Notes under the pieces: model-generated
What the model saw: only the letters and a program-made list of their open reading frames with translations
What the model was told of the DNA's origin: nothing
Databases searched by the model: none
Shown: piece after piece, positions 31,055 to 41,207 of the stretch
Numbering within the stretch: the first letter of the stretch is position 1
How the letters are laid out: each line of letters begins with the position of its first letter
Made by a program: the position numbers and the translations under genes
Sequence record: DRR723986_10642
Direction: 5' to 3' (one strand)
DNA length: 41,207 nt

Positions 31055-32185
31055 GTGACAGAGGGGCGGCAGCAGCTCTCGCGTGCGACGCGTATTGTTG
31101 TAAAGATCGGTTCGGCATTGCTTACCAACGATGGTCAGGGGCTCTGCGTTGAAGGCCTGGACGCCTGGGTGGCACAGATAGTGGGCCTGCGAGCAAAAGG
31201 CTGTGAGATTGTGCTGGTGTCTTCCGGGGCGGTGGCTGAGGGAATGACCCGTCTCGGGTGGTCGCGCCGCCCAGAGGACCTGCATCACCTGCAGGCAGCG
31301 GCGGCTGTGGGGCAGATGGGCTTGGTTCAGGCTTACGAGGCGCGATTCCGAGAGCACGGCTTGCAGACGGCGCAAATCCTGTTGGGGCATGACGATATTT
31401 CCGCGCGGGATCGCTACTTGAATGCTCGGGGCACCTTGTTGACCCTGCTGGGGCTTTCCGTGCTGCCGATCGTCAACGAAAATGATAGCGTGGTGACCGA
31501 TGAAATCCGCTTTGGTGACAATGACACCTTGGCTGCACTGGTTGCCAACTTAATTGATGCTGATGCGCTGCTGATCCTGACGGACCAGAGCGGCCTGTAT
31601 AGCAGTGACCCCCGCTACAACCCCGAGGCTGAGCTTGTCAGTGAAGCCGATGCTGCCGATAAGTCTCTGGATGCGATGGTCGGTGGCAGTGCCGGGAGTT
31701 TGGGGCGTGGCGGTATGATGACCAAGTTGCGGGCGGCGCGTTTGGCGGCGCGCTCGGGTGCAAATACCCTGATCGCGGGCGGGCGTGAGCCCGATGTGCT
31801 GTCCCGCGCCTTGTCGGGAGAGTCGCTGGGTACTCTGTTGCTTGCCAAGGAGCCGCCGATGACGGCGCGCAAGAAATGGTTGGCGGGGCAGTTGCGGCTG
31901 CGCGGCAGTGTTGTGGTGGATGACGGCGCGGCGCGGGTATTGCGACAACAGGGGCGCAGCCTCCTTTCTGTTGGGGTGGTTGCCGCTCGGGGGCAGTTTG
32001 AGCGCGGTGATTTGGTGAGCTGTATTGATGCGGAAGGTAGGGAAGTTGCGCGGGGCTTGGTTAATTACCGTGCGGATGAGGTTGTTCGAATTGCTGGAAA
32101 GCCGACTGCTGAGATCGCCGAGATTTTGGGTTATCTCGCTGAGCCGGAGCTGATCCACCGCGATAATATGGTCGTGATGTCGTAA
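31055..32185 (+). CDS. proB: Glutamate 5-kinase
   Basis: [33 protein letters not shown]-terminal PUA domain. Confidence 0.97.
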   Translation: MTEGRQQLSRATRIVVKIGSALLTNDGQGLCVEGLDAWVAQIVGLRAKGCEIVLVSSGAVAEGMTRLGWSRRPEDLHHLQAAAAVGQMGLVQAYEARFREHGLQTAQILLGHDDISARDRYLNARGTLLTLLGLSVLPIVNENDSVVTDEIRFGDNDTLAALVANLIDADALLILTDQSGLYSSDPRYNPEAELVSEADAADKSLDAMVGGSAGSLGRGGMMTKLRAARLAARSGANTLIAGGREPDVLSRALSGESLGTLLLAKEPPMTARKKWLAGQLRLRGSVVVDDGAARVLRQQGRSLLSVGVVAARGQFERGDLVSCIDAEGREVARGLVNYRADEVVRIAGKPTAEIAEILGYLAEPELIHRDNMVVMS

Positions 32186-32196
32186 CCGTAAACGCT

Positions 32197-32237
32197 AGGC
32201 ATAAAAAAACCCGCATAAAGCGGGTTTTTTTATGCCT
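32197..32237. terminator. Bidirectional terminator between proB and rpsT
   Basis: AGGCATAAAAAAACCCGC-ATAAA-GCGGGTTTTTTTATGCCT. Confidence 0.9.
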
Positions 32238-32249
32238 GGCTTGCTGGTT

Positions 32250-32522
32250 TTACGCAGCTTCGCCCATGGCTTTAATGCGAGCGTTCAGGCGGCTCTTATG
32301 ACGAGCAGCTTTGTTCTTGTGGAAAATGCCTTTGTCGGCAGTGCGGTCAAGAACAGGTACTGCGGCTGCGTAGGCTGCTTTTGCCGCTTCTTGGTCGCCA
32401 GACTCGATTGCAGCAATAACCTTCTTCAGGTAAGTGCGAACCATTGAGCGCAGACTGGCGTTATGAGTGCGACGTTTCTCCGCCTGACGTGCGCGTTTTC
32501 TTGCTTGCGGGGAATTTGCCAC
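32250..32522 (-). CDS. rpsT: 30S ribosomal protein S20
   Basis: (M)[17 protein letters not shown]...[15 protein letters not shown] start with GAGGAG SD. Confidence 0.98.
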   Translation of the reverse strand: MANSPQARKRARQAEKRRTHNASLRSMVRTYLKKVIAAIESGDQEAAKAAYAAAVPVLDRTADKGIFHKNKAARHKSRLNARIKAMGEAA

Positions 32523-32566
32523 CCTTATTACTCCTCTAGAACTTGCGCTGAAAATTTAGGCCGTGG

Positions 32567-32595
32567 ATTATTCAGTTTTGCGCCGCCTATGTCAA
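32567..32595 (-). promoter_or_regulatory. Candidate sigma70 promoter of rpsT
   Basis: Minus strand TTGACA, 17 bp, AATAAT. Confidence 0.55.
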
Positions 32596-32652
32596 GGGAA
32601 AACGGGGCTTGGCTGGGGATTATTTGCGAGGGAAGGTGAGGCCGCCTGGCCC

Positions 32653-33027
32653 TCAGCGCAATCGCTCGACGATCTGCAGGCCCCAGCACGTTACGCAAAG
32701 CATCAGACTGATCATCACGGCGGCTGAACCGATATCTTTGGCCTGCCCAGAGAGTGGGTGGCGATCGGTGCCAATACGGTCTATCGCTGCTTCTATCGCC
32801 GAGTTTACCAGCTCGACGATCAAGACCAGCAAAACCGGGATAATGAGCAGGCTGCGCTCGATCGCATTTTCCCCCAGCCAAAACGCTGCGGGTAGCAGAA
32901 TGGCGGCCAGCATGCACTCTTGTCTGAAGGCCTCTTCATGGCGCCACGCGGCGGCGAGCCCCTTGCGAGAATAGAGAGTGGCGTCAATCAGTCGCCAGAG
33001 GCCGTGTCGGCCGGGCTTATTCATCAT
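32653..33027 (-). CDS. dgkA: Diacylglycerol kinase (integral membrane)
   Basis: YSRKGL...EEAFRQE, VELVNSAIEAAIDRIG, AKDIGSAAV. Confidence 0.93.
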   Translation of the reverse strand: MMNKPGRHGLWRLIDATLYSRKGLAAAWRHEEAFRQECMLAAILLPAAFWLGENAIERSLLIIPVLLVLIVELVNSAIEAAIDRIGTDRHPLSGQAKDIGSAAVMISLMLCVTCWGLQIVERLR

Positions 33028-33175
33028 GGTAATTTCACAGCTGTTAGCCAGGTCTGTGTCTCAATCGGTGTACAATACTCAGCGCTATGCTTATGCAGGG
33101 CTGTTATATAAGGGCGTAGGCGCGCGAGCTCCGGTAGAACCGCCTGCCGAGAAGACACAGTGTAATAGCAGGACG

Positions 33176-34066
33176 ATGACAATTCAGAGACAACTCTTAC
33201 ATCCGCGCTACTGGCCAACCTGGCTGGGTGTGGCATTTATGTTCGTGCTGGCAAAGTTGCCTCAGCGATTGAACTACCTTGTCGGCAAGCTGCTGGGCAG
33301 TTTGTTTTACTATTTTGCCGGTGGTCGACGCCATGTTGCCGCGCGAAATCTGGCGCTGTGTTTTCCGGAACTTACCGAGGCGGAACGTCGTCGCCTGCTC
33401 AAAAAAACCATGCAGGATCAGGGTATCGGTTTGCTCGAAATGCTGCGAACGTGGTTTACCCCAATTGACAAGCTGGGCGTCGAGTTGGAATTCGTCGGTG
33501 AAGAGCATCTCGACGGCGACGACCAGGGCGTCATCGTATTGGGCGCGCATTTCACCTTTATCGATTTGAGCGCAGCCTTAATTGCGCGCAGTAAGCGTTC
33601 TGACTCGTTCTATCGCAAGCAAAAGAACCCGGTGATCGAGTGGATTTTGAGTCGAGCGCGCGGGCGTTATGGTGAGCCGATTCACCGGCGCGATTTTAAA
33701 CGCGCACTAAAATCCCTTCGCAAAGGGAACCGGCTGTTCTACCTGCCGGATCAAGATTACGGCCGCAAGTCGGCGGCATTTGTTGAGTTTTTCAATAACC
33801 CTGCCGCCACTACCGTGGCGACGTCTACCCTGGCTAAGGGTGGGCGCGCGAAAGTGGTATATATCGACCAACAGCGCTTAGAGAAAGGGCGCCGAATTCG
33901 CCTGGAGGCCATTCCGCTGGAAAATATTCCCAGTGGCGATCCCGATGCCGATGCGCGGGCGGTGAACGCTGTGATTGAAGAGAATATTCGCCGAGCGCCG
34001 GAGCAGTATATGTGGGTCCATCGCCGTTTCAAAACGCGCCCCGAAGGCGCTGCGAAGGTGTATTGA
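33176..34066 (+). CDS. lpxL: Lipid A biosynthesis late acyltransferase (LpxL/HtrB family)
   Basis: LLHPRYWPTWLG, ARNLALCFPE, HxxxxD (HFTFID), YLPDQDYG, PEQYMWVHRRFKTRP; start ATG 33176. Confidence 0.88.
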   Translation: MTIQRQLLHPRYWPTWLGVAFMFVLAKLPQRLNYLVGKLLGSLFYYFAGGRRHVAARNLALCFPELTEAERRRLLKKTMQDQGIGLLEMLRTWFTPIDKLGVELEFVGEEHLDGDDQGVIVLGAHFTFIDLSAALIARSKRSDSFYRKQKNPVIEWILSRARGRYGEPIHRRDFKRALKSLRKGNRLFYLPDQDYGRKSAAFVEFFNNPAATTVATSTLAKGGRAKVVYIDQQRLEKGRRIRLEAIPLENIPSGDPDADARAVNAVIEENIRRAPEQYMWVHRRFKTRPEGAAKVY

Positions 34067-34072
34067 GGCCCT

Positions 34073-34996
34073 ATGGCGACGACTTTGCGATTGTGGTTTA
34101 TCACTGACGGGCGCCCCGGCCACCTAAATCAGTTGCGCGGGCTTGCCGAGCGGCTCGAGGCAAAAGTACCGTGCCAAATTCACTGGTTGGATATTTCTCA
34201 GCAGGGGTTTCGCAAGGCTGGCCGCAGCGGGCTTTGCGGGCAGTTCGCTGCCAGCTCGCTCCCCGATTGGGTGGTGGCCGCCGGGAGTCGTTGTCACCTG
34301 CCCCTGCTGTGGACCGCGAAGGTGAGCGGCGCTCGCTCTTTGGTATTAATGAAACCCAGTCTGCCGCGATGCTTATTTGATGCCGCGATTATTCCCGAGC
34401 ATGATGCGCCGCCGGTATCACCGAAAATACTGGTTACTAGGGGCGTGCTCAATGTTATGCAGCCGACTTTTGAAAATAGGGATAAGCGGCGTGGCTTGAT
34501 TGTATTGGGCGGGGTAAACAAACACTTCGCCTGGGATAACGACGCAGTATTAGCGCAGGTGCTGGCGATTGCCAACGCGCGCTCAGACTTGCATTGGACC
34601 GTATCAGACTCGCCGCGTACTCCGCCCGGCCTACTGGAAGCATTGGCGTCAGAGGCGGTGGCCAATATAGATACCTTGCCCTTCAGTGATTGCCCACCCG
34701 GGTGGCTGAGAGCGCAGTTAGCCGCAGTTGCCGAGGCCTGGGTCAGTCGCGACAGCGTGTCGATGGTCTACGAGAGTATTACCTCGGCGGTGCCGACCGG
34801 CTTGTTAGCGCTTCCACCATTGCGAGATTCGCGGGTAACGCGAAGTATGGCGAGCGTGCTGGCGGCAGGTCTGGCGAAAGGGTATGAGTCTTGGTCCGCT
34901 GGCGAGCCATTGCCACCCCCTGCTGAACAGGTTTGGGAGGCAGATCGTGCCGCCGATTGGCTGCTCAACACCTTAGAAGGAAACAAACATGCTTGA
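34073..34996 (+). CDS. ELM1/GtrOC1-family putative glycosyltransferase
   Basis: N-terminal ITDGRPGHLNQLRGL, IIPEHD, SPRTP, VSRDSVSMVYE; LPS gene context. Confidence 0.75.
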   Translation: MATTLRLWFITDGRPGHLNQLRGLAERLEAKVPCQIHWLDISQQGFRKAGRSGLCGQFAASSLPDWVVAAGSRCHLPLLWTAKVSGARSLVLMKPSLPRCLFDAAIIPEHDAPPVSPKILVTRGVLNVMQPTFENRDKRRGLIVLGGVNKHFAWDNDAVLAQVLAIANARSDLHWTVSDSPRTPPGLLEALASEAVANIDTLPFSDCPPGWLRAQLAAVAEAWVSRDSVSMVYESITSAVPTGLLALPPLRDSRVTRSMASVLAAGLAKGYESWSAGEPLPPPAEQVWEADRAADWLLNTLEGNKHA

Positions 34997-36137
34997 TGCG
35001 GTTAACGAGACCGAGGCGATCCCCCGCGTGCTCAAGGTCGTGCAGTTGCTGCCCGCGCTAAATTCCGGCGGCGTTGAGCGTGGTACCGTCGAATTTGCGC
35101 GAGAGCTGGTTCGTCTGGGCCATCAATCGGTAGTCATTTCTCACGGTGGCCGCATGGTCGAGCAGCTAGAGGCCGAAGGTAGCCAGCATATTGCCATGCC
35201 CATTCATCGCAAGTCCCTGGGCTCGCTGTGGCAGGTTCGGCCCCTGCGGCGATTGCTGGAAACACTGCAGGCGGATGTGATCCATGTGCGCTCGCGTGTG
35301 CCGGCCTGGATAGCCTGGTTGGCGTGGCGAAAGATGGACCCGGCTAGCCGCCCCCGCTTGGTGAGCACGTTTCACGGCATGTATTCGGTAAACGCCTACA
35401 GTGCCATTATGGCAAAGGCGGAGCATTGCATTGCCATCTCACATTGCGTTAAGCGCTACATGGTCGATAATTACCAGATTCCCGAAAGCAAGATAACGCT
35501 GATTCCGCGGGGCTTGGATGCCGAGGCCTTCGTTCGTCAGGATGCCGATAGTCAGTGGTTGGAGGCGTTGTTTTCGGAGTATCCGCAGCTCAATGGCAAG
35601 CCGATAATATTAATGCCGGGGCGGCTGTCGCGGTGGAAGGGACAAGAGGCCTTCCTGCAAATGATGGCCCGTTTAGTGAGCTTGCGTCCGGATGTCCACG
35701 GGGTGGTGGTGGGAGATGCCGAGCCCGGCAAGCAGCACTATTTAGAAGAACTGCTTGCCATGCGTGAGTCGCTGGGCCTTACCGAGGCCGTCACCTTTGT
35801 TGGTCACCGCAGTGATATTGCCAATTTCTATCGCTTGGCTGCTGTTACGTGTCATCTTTCTAACAAAGAAGAACCCTTCGGTCGCACGGTGCCAGAGTCC
35901 CTCGCCTGTGGTACGCCGGTGGTAGCCTATGACCGCGGTGGCGCAAGTGAGTCACTGAACGCCGGTTTTCGTCAGGGGCTCGTCCCTGCCGACGATGTGG
36001 TGGCGTTTGCGGCGCGTGTTGCCGATTTGTTAGAGGCCGACAATCAGATTAGTCTGCCGCCTGAATACTATTTGGATCACCAAGTGGCCAGTACCCTGAA
36101 TGTGTACGAGCAATTACTTGGCAATTCTGCCCACTAG
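34989..36137 (+). CDS. Glycosyltransferase family 4
   Basis: LNSGGVERG, GRLSRWKG, EPFGRTVPES (Ex7E motif). Confidence 0.9.
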   Translation: MLDAVNETEAIPRVLKVVQLLPALNSGGVERGTVEFARELVRLGHQSVVISHGGRMVEQLEAEGSQHIAMPIHRKSLGSLWQVRPLRRLLETLQADVIHVRSRVPAWIAWLAWRKMDPASRPRLVSTFHGMYSVNAYSAIMAKAEHCIAISHCVKRYMVDNYQIPESKITLIPRGLDAEAFVRQDADSQWLEALFSEYPQLNGKPIILMPGRLSRWKGQEAFLQMMARLVSLRPDVHGVVVGDAEPGKQHYLEELLAMRESLGLTEAVTFVGHRSDIANFYRLAAVTCHLSNKEEPFGRTVPESLACGTPVVAYDRGGASESLNAGFRQGLVPADDVVAFAARVADLLEADNQISLPPEYYLDHQVASTLNVYEQLLGNSAH

Positions 36138-36237
36138 CGCGCCCTGACGCCGCGAGGTGGTGGTGATATAGTCGGCCGCTCCAGGGCGGCACTCCCTGGC
36201 AGCAATGCCGCGCAACAATGACAAGAACGAGATAACT

Positions 36238-37278
36238 ATGAGAGTACTGCACATCGCCTATCAACAGTTGCGCCGCTACGGCCAGACTCGGGTGAGTTGG
36301 GCGCAGAAACTCAGCTTTGGTCTGATTAAGAACGATCACTACCTGCAAACGTTCAGCGACCGAGATATCGCTGCCTTTGAGGCGCCCCTGGGCATTCGCG
36401 ATCTGGGGGTGGGCAAGGCCAACAAGCGCTTGCTGGAGATGGTCGATGCGATGGAGCCCGACCTTGTCATCGCCGGTCATTGCGACATGATCAGTAACGA
36501 CACTCTGCGAGAGGTAAAAAAACTCGCTCCGAATTGCTTTATTGCCCACTGCAATAATGACCCGCTGTTTGTGCCCAGTAATGTTGAGCGTATCGCTTCG
36601 CGCGCCTCGGTTAGCGATGCCGTTTTCGTCTCTACGGGTCGGCGCGAGCTCAAACAATTTGAAGGCATTGGTGCGCGGCTTTATCACATGCCTAACCCCG
36701 TGGAAGCCTCCGTTGAGGTGTTGGATAACTCGCGGAAAACTGATCTGCCCATCGATTTGTTGTTCTGTAGTAATGCCACCAAATTTACCCAGCGTCTTGA
36801 AATGGTCGGCCGTATAAAAGAGGCGGTAAAAGACCAAATGAATTTCAAAACCTATGGCAGTTTTGGCGAGGCGCCGGTGTGGGGGCGCGACTACGATCGC
36901 GCCTTAGCCGAAACAAAAATGGGGCTAAACCTGAACCGCCAAGAGGGTGACTATTGGTATTCATCCGCGCGAATGGCGCAGTTGGCGGGCAATGGCATTT
37001 TGCAGTTCACCCACAGTGGCCCGCGCTTCGACGAGCTTCTTCCCGAAGAGTCCGCCGTTTATTTTAATGATGAAGATGATCTGCTGGCGAAAATTCGCGA
37101 GTTTCATTTTGACGATGCTAAACGACAGCACTGGGCATCACGGGCGCGGCAGTTCTATCACCAGGAAATGAATTCACGGCTCTATGCTCAATATATCGTT
37201 GAAGCCAGTATGGGGATCCCCTTCAGCCATGACTATGTGTGGGCGCGGGATATCCACCTCGACGGGTCGATGAAATGA
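36238..37278 (+). CDS. GT-B-fold glycosyltransferase (CgeB/GT1_2-like)
   Basis: C-terminal KMGLNL...YSSARMAQLAGNG segment typical of CgeB-like GTs; operon context; start ATG 36238. Confidence 0.65.
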   Translation: MRVLHIAYQQLRRYGQTRVSWAQKLSFGLIKNDHYLQTFSDRDIAAFEAPLGIRDLGVGKANKRLLEMVDAMEPDLVIAGHCDMISNDTLREVKKLAPNCFIAHCNNDPLFVPSNVERIASRASVSDAVFVSTGRRELKQFEGIGARLYHMPNPVEASVEVLDNSRKTDLPIDLLFCSNATKFTQRLEMVGRIKEAVKDQMNFKTYGSFGEAPVWGRDYDRALAETKMGLNLNRQEGDYWYSSARMAQLAGNGILQFTHSGPRFDELLPEESAVYFNDEDDLLAKIREFHFDDAKRQHWASRARQFYHQEMNSRLYAQYIVEASMGIPFSHDYVWARDIHLDGSMK

Positions 37279-38021
37279 CAATTGCGCTGAGCTCGCAGAA
37301 ACCCTTTGCACAGGGCGGGAATCGACTGTGCTTTATCGACCCCGCTGATGCCGATCGCTGTATCAAAGTAAGGCGCCCCGACTTCACGCTCGAGGATTGT
37401 CGTCGAAAAAAGGGTTTTCCCAAGAACCTCAAGCCCCTGTCTAGTTTTGATGACAGTTTGGAAGAGTTTCACGTTATGCAGGGCTTTGAGCGCCACTATC
37501 CGGGGAGTATTTTCGATCACGTTAGTCGCTGCTTTGGCTTTGTCGACACCGATATGGGGCGCGGCCTTAGCTCGGAACTCATTCGCGACAGTGATGGGCG
37601 CATTTCCATCACCCTGAAACAATATGTCTGGGAGCGTGGTTATACGCCAGACTGCCAGGCCGCGGTTGACGTGCTATGCAAGCATTGGCTCGCTCATTGC
37701 GTGCCGTCGCGCGATATTCTTGTTCACAATGTTGTCGTGCAGCGCGACGTTAGCGAGGCCGGCGAGAATATTCGCCGGCTGGTTGTGATTGACGGCCTCG
37801 GTAGCTCCAACCTGATTCCGCTGCGGTGGCAGCCAAGAGCGCTGCAGCAGAAAAAGACGCAGCGGAAAATCGATAACTTCCACCAGAGAATAGATACTCT
37901 GATTCAAACCCGAAGTCGAGACAGCTTCCCTGGCACCCATGGCTTGCTGTTTCACGATGGGCTCAGCCAGAACGAGGCTGTGCCCTCGTCGACAAATATG
38001 AAGGACCCTGACGCATCATGA
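37275..38021 (+). CDS. YrbL-family kinase-like protein
   Basis: FAQGGNRLCF, RCIKV, GFVDTDMGRGL, RDILVHNVV, VVIDGLG; ATGA overlaps with both neighbours. Confidence 0.75.
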   Translation: MTIALSSQKPFAQGGNRLCFIDPADADRCIKVRRPDFTLEDCRRKKGFPKNLKPLSSFDDSLEEFHVMQGFERHYPGSIFDHVSRCFGFVDTDMGRGLSSELIRDSDGRISITLKQYVWERGYTPDCQAAVDVLCKHWLAHCVPSRDILVHNVVVQRDVSEAGENIRRLVVIDGLGSSNLIPLRWQPRALQQKKTQRKIDNFHQRIDTLIQTRSRDSFPGTHGLLFHDGLSQNEAVPSSTNMKDPDAS

Positions 38022-39061
38022 GTGGATCCCTGCGCATCGCCCAAGTTCTAGCGGGCGCCGAGCACGGCGGTGCCGAAAACTTTTTTGTACGCTTGAGTGC
38101 CGCACTGCAGGCATCGGGCAGTATTCACGAGCGCGCTTTTATTCGCCGCCATGCTCACCGCCTGGACGCCCTGCGTAGCCAGGGCGTGGAAGCAGAGGGT
38201 TTTCGCTTTGGCGGTAAATTCGATTTTTACGACGCCTGGGTGTATCGCCGTCGTCTGCGTGCTTTCAAGCCGGATGTGGTCATGACCTGGATGGGGCGCG
38301 CCAGCGATGCAACGCCAAAGGGTGATTACGTACTGGTGAACCGGCTCGGCCATTATTACAAACTGAAGTATTACCAGCAGGCTGACTACTGGGTGGGGAT
38401 CAGCAAAGGAATTTGCCAGCACCTGATCGAGGGGGGAATGCCGGAGGAGCGTGTGGTTCACATTCCCAATTTCGCCGATGAAACCCCGGTCGAGCCTCTG
38501 CCGCGAGACAGCTTTGACACGCCTGTTGATGTTCCATTGTTACTCGCTGCAGGGCGTCTCCACGTAAACAAGGGCTTTGATACCCTGCTGCGCGCATTGG
38601 TTAATGTGCCCGACGCAGTCTTGTGGCTGGCTGGCAGCGGCCCGGAAGAGCAGGCCTTAAAGTCGCTGTGTAGTGAACTGGGGCTGGATAAGCGTGTTCG
38701 CTTTTTGGGCTGGCGGAATGATGTTACTGCGCTTATGCGCAGCGTCGATGCCTTTATTTGCCCCTCTAGGCATGAGGGGTTGGGCTCAATCGTAATGGAG
38801 TCTTTTGCCCATCGCTGCCCGATTATCGCCACCCGTTCTCAGGGTCCTGGCGAGGTAATTGAACATGACTACTCGGGTTTACTGACGGATATTGACGACG
38901 TTGGCCAGCTTAGTGACGCGATGAACCTTGCGCTGACAGATGCAGCGCTTCGCGAGAGGCTGGTAGAAAATGCGACGCAGGTTTATGCCACAACATACAG
39001 CCGCCAGGTCATCGTGGATGCCTACCTCGATTTTTACCGCCGCATTGCTGAGCAGCGCTAA
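38018..39061 (+). CDS. Glycosyltransferase family 4
   Basis: GGAE, GRLHVNKG, FLGWR, PSRHEGLGSIVME. Confidence 0.9.
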   Translation: MSGSLRIAQVLAGAEHGGAENFFVRLSAALQASGSIHERAFIRRHAHRLDALRSQGVEAEGFRFGGKFDFYDAWVYRRRLRAFKPDVVMTWMGRASDATPKGDYVLVNRLGHYYKLKYYQQADYWVGISKGICQHLIEGGMPEERVVHIPNFADETPVEPLPRDSFDTPVDVPLLLAAGRLHVNKGFDTLLRALVNVPDAVLWLAGSGPEEQALKSLCSELGLDKRVRFLGWRNDVTALMRSVDAFICPSRHEGLGSIVMESFAHRCPIIATRSQGPGEVIEHDYSGLLTDIDDVGQLSDAMNLALTDAALRERLVENATQVYATTYSRQVIVDAYLDFYRRIAEQR

Positions 39062-39072
39062 CAGGCTTGCAG

Positions 39073-40008
39073 ATGATGACTGACACCAGCGTAGTGCGAA
39101 TTAATATTGCCATCTGCAGCTGCCAGCGGCCAAAGCTGCTGGCGAAGGCGTTGGCCAGTATTGCGGCGATGGCTTCTCCCGAGGGGGCGGAGGTTATCGT
39201 CAGCGTTATTGATAACGACCCTCAGCAGTCTGCAAAAACGGTATGTCGCGATTGGCAAACCAAACTGGGCGTTGCGCTGCACTATGAGCACGAGCCTCGG
39301 CGGGGTATCCCGCTTGCTCGCAATCGGGCTATAGATGTTGCCCATCAGCTCGGTGCCCACTATTTGGTATTTATCGACGATGACGAATGGGTGGAGTCCG
39401 ATTGGCTATGTGAACTTTACCGCTATGCTCTGTCGCTCGGTGGCAAAGCCGTTGTGCACGGCGCGGTAGTGCCCGAGCTGCCGCAAGGGGCACCCCAATA
39501 TATGGGGGAGATCTTTTTTGATAAAGGGCGTCCAACGGGTACAGCACTGGGCAGCTGCGCCACAAACAATGTGCTGATACCGATTTATGTGACCCAAGAG
39601 CTGGGCCTGCGATTTGATGAGAGTCGCCCGCTGGCTGGCGGCACCGATACCTTGTTTTTCTGTGCAGCGGTAGAGCGTGGCGTGGAAATTCTTGAGTGCG
39701 CAGAGGCGCGTGTTCACGAAGAGATCCCTACATCAAGGTTGAGCAGCCGTTGGTTAGCGAAACGGAAATATCGCGCGGGTATCACCTTGTCTCGGCGAAA
39801 ACGCGAAGCCGGCCGTTCGACGGTGGGTTTGTTGCTGTCGGCGACTTTCCAAGTCGTGCTAAACGGCCTGCTGGTATTGCTATCCGCTGTATTGTTTCAG
39901 CGCGTGGCGTACTACAAGGCGCTGATGAAAATGTCCCGCAATGCAGGGGTGTTGAGTGGGCTGATGGGCGCAACCACCGACAGCTACCAGAAAATTGAAG
40001 GGGCATAG
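39073..40008 (+). CDS. Glycosyltransferase family 2
   Basis: VIDND, GIPLARN, FIDDDE (DxD), GGTD. Confidence 0.88.
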   Translation: MMTDTSVVRINIAICSCQRPKLLAKALASIAAMASPEGAEVIVSVIDNDPQQSAKTVCRDWQTKLGVALHYEHEPRRGIPLARNRAIDVAHQLGAHYLVFIDDDEWVESDWLCELYRYALSLGGKAVVHGAVVPELPQGAPQYMGEIFFDKGRPTGTALGSCATNNVLIPIYVTQELGLRFDESRPLAGGTDTLFFCAAVERGVEILECAEARVHEEIPTSRLSSRWLAKRKYRAGITLSRRKREAGRSTVGLLLSATFQVVLNGLLVLLSAVLFQRVAYYKALMKMSRNAGVLSGLMGATTDSYQKIEGA

Positions 40009-40028
40009 GCCCTAGACGAGAAACGACG

Positions 40029-41105
40029 ATGAAAATAATGGTCACCGGCGGCGCTGGTTTTATTGGTTCGGCTGTTGTGAGGCACCTGCTAGCAAACACT
40101 GATCACAGCGTCGTCAATGTCGACAAACTAACATACGCGGGCAATCTAGAATCACTGCCCGGTGCAGAACAAAATCCGCGTTACCAGTTTGAGAAACTCG
40201 ATATTTGTGATGGCCAGGCGATGGCGCGGGTACTTCGAGAACATCAGCCTGACGCGGTAATGCACTTGGCGGCGGAGAGCCATGTCGACCGTTCGATAGA
40301 TGGCCCTGCAGCATTTATCGAAACCAATATCGTTGGTACATACCAGCTGCTCGAGGCCGTGCGCGGCTATTGGTCTGGCCTAGACGAAGAACGCAAACCG
40401 GCGTTCCGTTTTCATCACATATCTACCGACGAGGTTTACGGCGACCTCGAAGGACCAGAAGAGTTGTTTACAGAGCAGACGCCCTATGCCCCTAGCTCGC
40501 CTTATTCAGCGAGTAAAGCGAGCTCTGACCACCTAGTGCGCGCCTGGGGTCGCACATACGGCCTGCCCGTTATGCTGACGAATTGCTCTAATAACTACGG
40601 CCCATATCACTTCCCAGAGAAATTGATCCCGCTGGTGATTCTTAATGCGCTGGAAGGAAAGGCGCTACCGATATATGGCAAGGGCGATCAAGTGCGGGAC
40701 TGGTTGTATGTGGAAGATCACGCCCGAGCACTGGTGACGGTGCTCACAAAGGGAGCGGTTGGCCAGACTTACAACATCGGTGGCCACAATGAAAAAACGA
40801 ACCTTGAGGTGGTGGAGCGTATTTGTGATTTGCTTGATGCAAAGTGTCCGCAACACCCCCCAGGTGTCGCCAGTTATCGTCAGTTGATTTGTTTTGTTAC
40901 CGACCGTCCTGGCCATGATAAGCGCTACGCCATCGATGCAGGCAAAATCGAGCGCGAGTTGGGCTGGGTGCCGGTAGAGAGTTTTGAAAGTGGCCTGAAC
41001 AAGACTATAGATTGGTACTTGCAAAATACACAGTGGTGCCAGCGTGTTCAGGACGGTAGTTATCAGAGGCAGCGCTTAGGCGTTGGAGACGGAGACGTTT
41101 CGTGA
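40029..41105 (+). CDS. rfbB: dTDP-glucose 4,6-dehydratase
   Basis: [47 protein letters not shown]. Confidence 0.97.
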   Translation: MKIMVTGGAGFIGSAVVRHLLANTDHSVVNVDKLTYAGNLESLPGAEQNPRYQFEKLDICDGQAMARVLREHQPDAVMHLAAESHVDRSIDGPAAFIETNIVGTYQLLEAVRGYWSGLDEERKPAFRFHHISTDEVYGDLEGPEELFTEQTPYAPSSPYSASKASSDHLVRAWGRTYGLPVMLTNCSNNYGPYHFPEKLIPLVILNALEGKALPIYGKGDQVRDWLYVEDHARALVTVLTKGAVGQTYNIGGHNEKTNLEVVERICDLLDAKCPQHPPGVASYRQLICFVTDRPGHDKRYAIDAGKIERELGWVPVESFESGLNKTIDWYLQNTQWCQRVQDGSYQRQRLGVGDGDVS

Positions 41106-41207
41106 AGGGGATTGTATTAGCCGGGGGCAGCGGCACCCGATTGCACCCGATTACCAAAGGGGTGTCTAAGCAGCTGCTGCCAGTCTATGACAAGCCGATG
41201 ATTTATT
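41102..41207 (+). CDS. rfbA: Glucose-1-phosphate thymidylyltransferase, N-terminus (truncated by window end)
   Basis: Manual translation from GTG 41102: [39 protein letters not shown] overlap with rfbB. Confidence 0.95.
   Translation, partial: MKGIVLAGGSGTRLHPITKGVSKQLLPVYDKPMIY

Overview
Gammaproteobacterial chromosomal segment, mostly core genome. It runs from the end of the spc operon and the alpha operon (rpsE'-rpmD-rplO-secY-rpmJ-rpsM-rpsK-rpsD-rpoA-rplQ) through uvrA, a YajR-like MFS transporter and ssb. After an insertion come an RmlD-like gene, moaB-moeA, fabB-fabA, galU-manB, pgi, ispB, rplU-rpmA-obgE-proB, rpsT, dgkA and an LPS/LOS core cluster (lpxL, ELM1/GtrOC1-like, several glycosyltransferases, YrbL-like kinase, rmlB, rmlA'). 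The notable feature is an ~8.75 kb, visibly AT-richer island inserted at the last codons of ssb and bounded by imperfect direct repeats (CCGTTCTAA 10384-10392, CCATTCTAA 19138-19146). It carries three tandem tyrosine recombinases plus a small coiled-coil protein (GInt/ginABCD architecture). Its only cargo is a translationally coupled operon of a PP2C phosphatase and two Hanks-type Ser/Thr kinases, one with an FHA-like tail and one with a cold-shock-like tail. This resembles the kinase-kinase-phosphatase (KKP) toxin-antitoxin/antiphage module, here on a non-phage element. All family calls are by motif reading, not database search.
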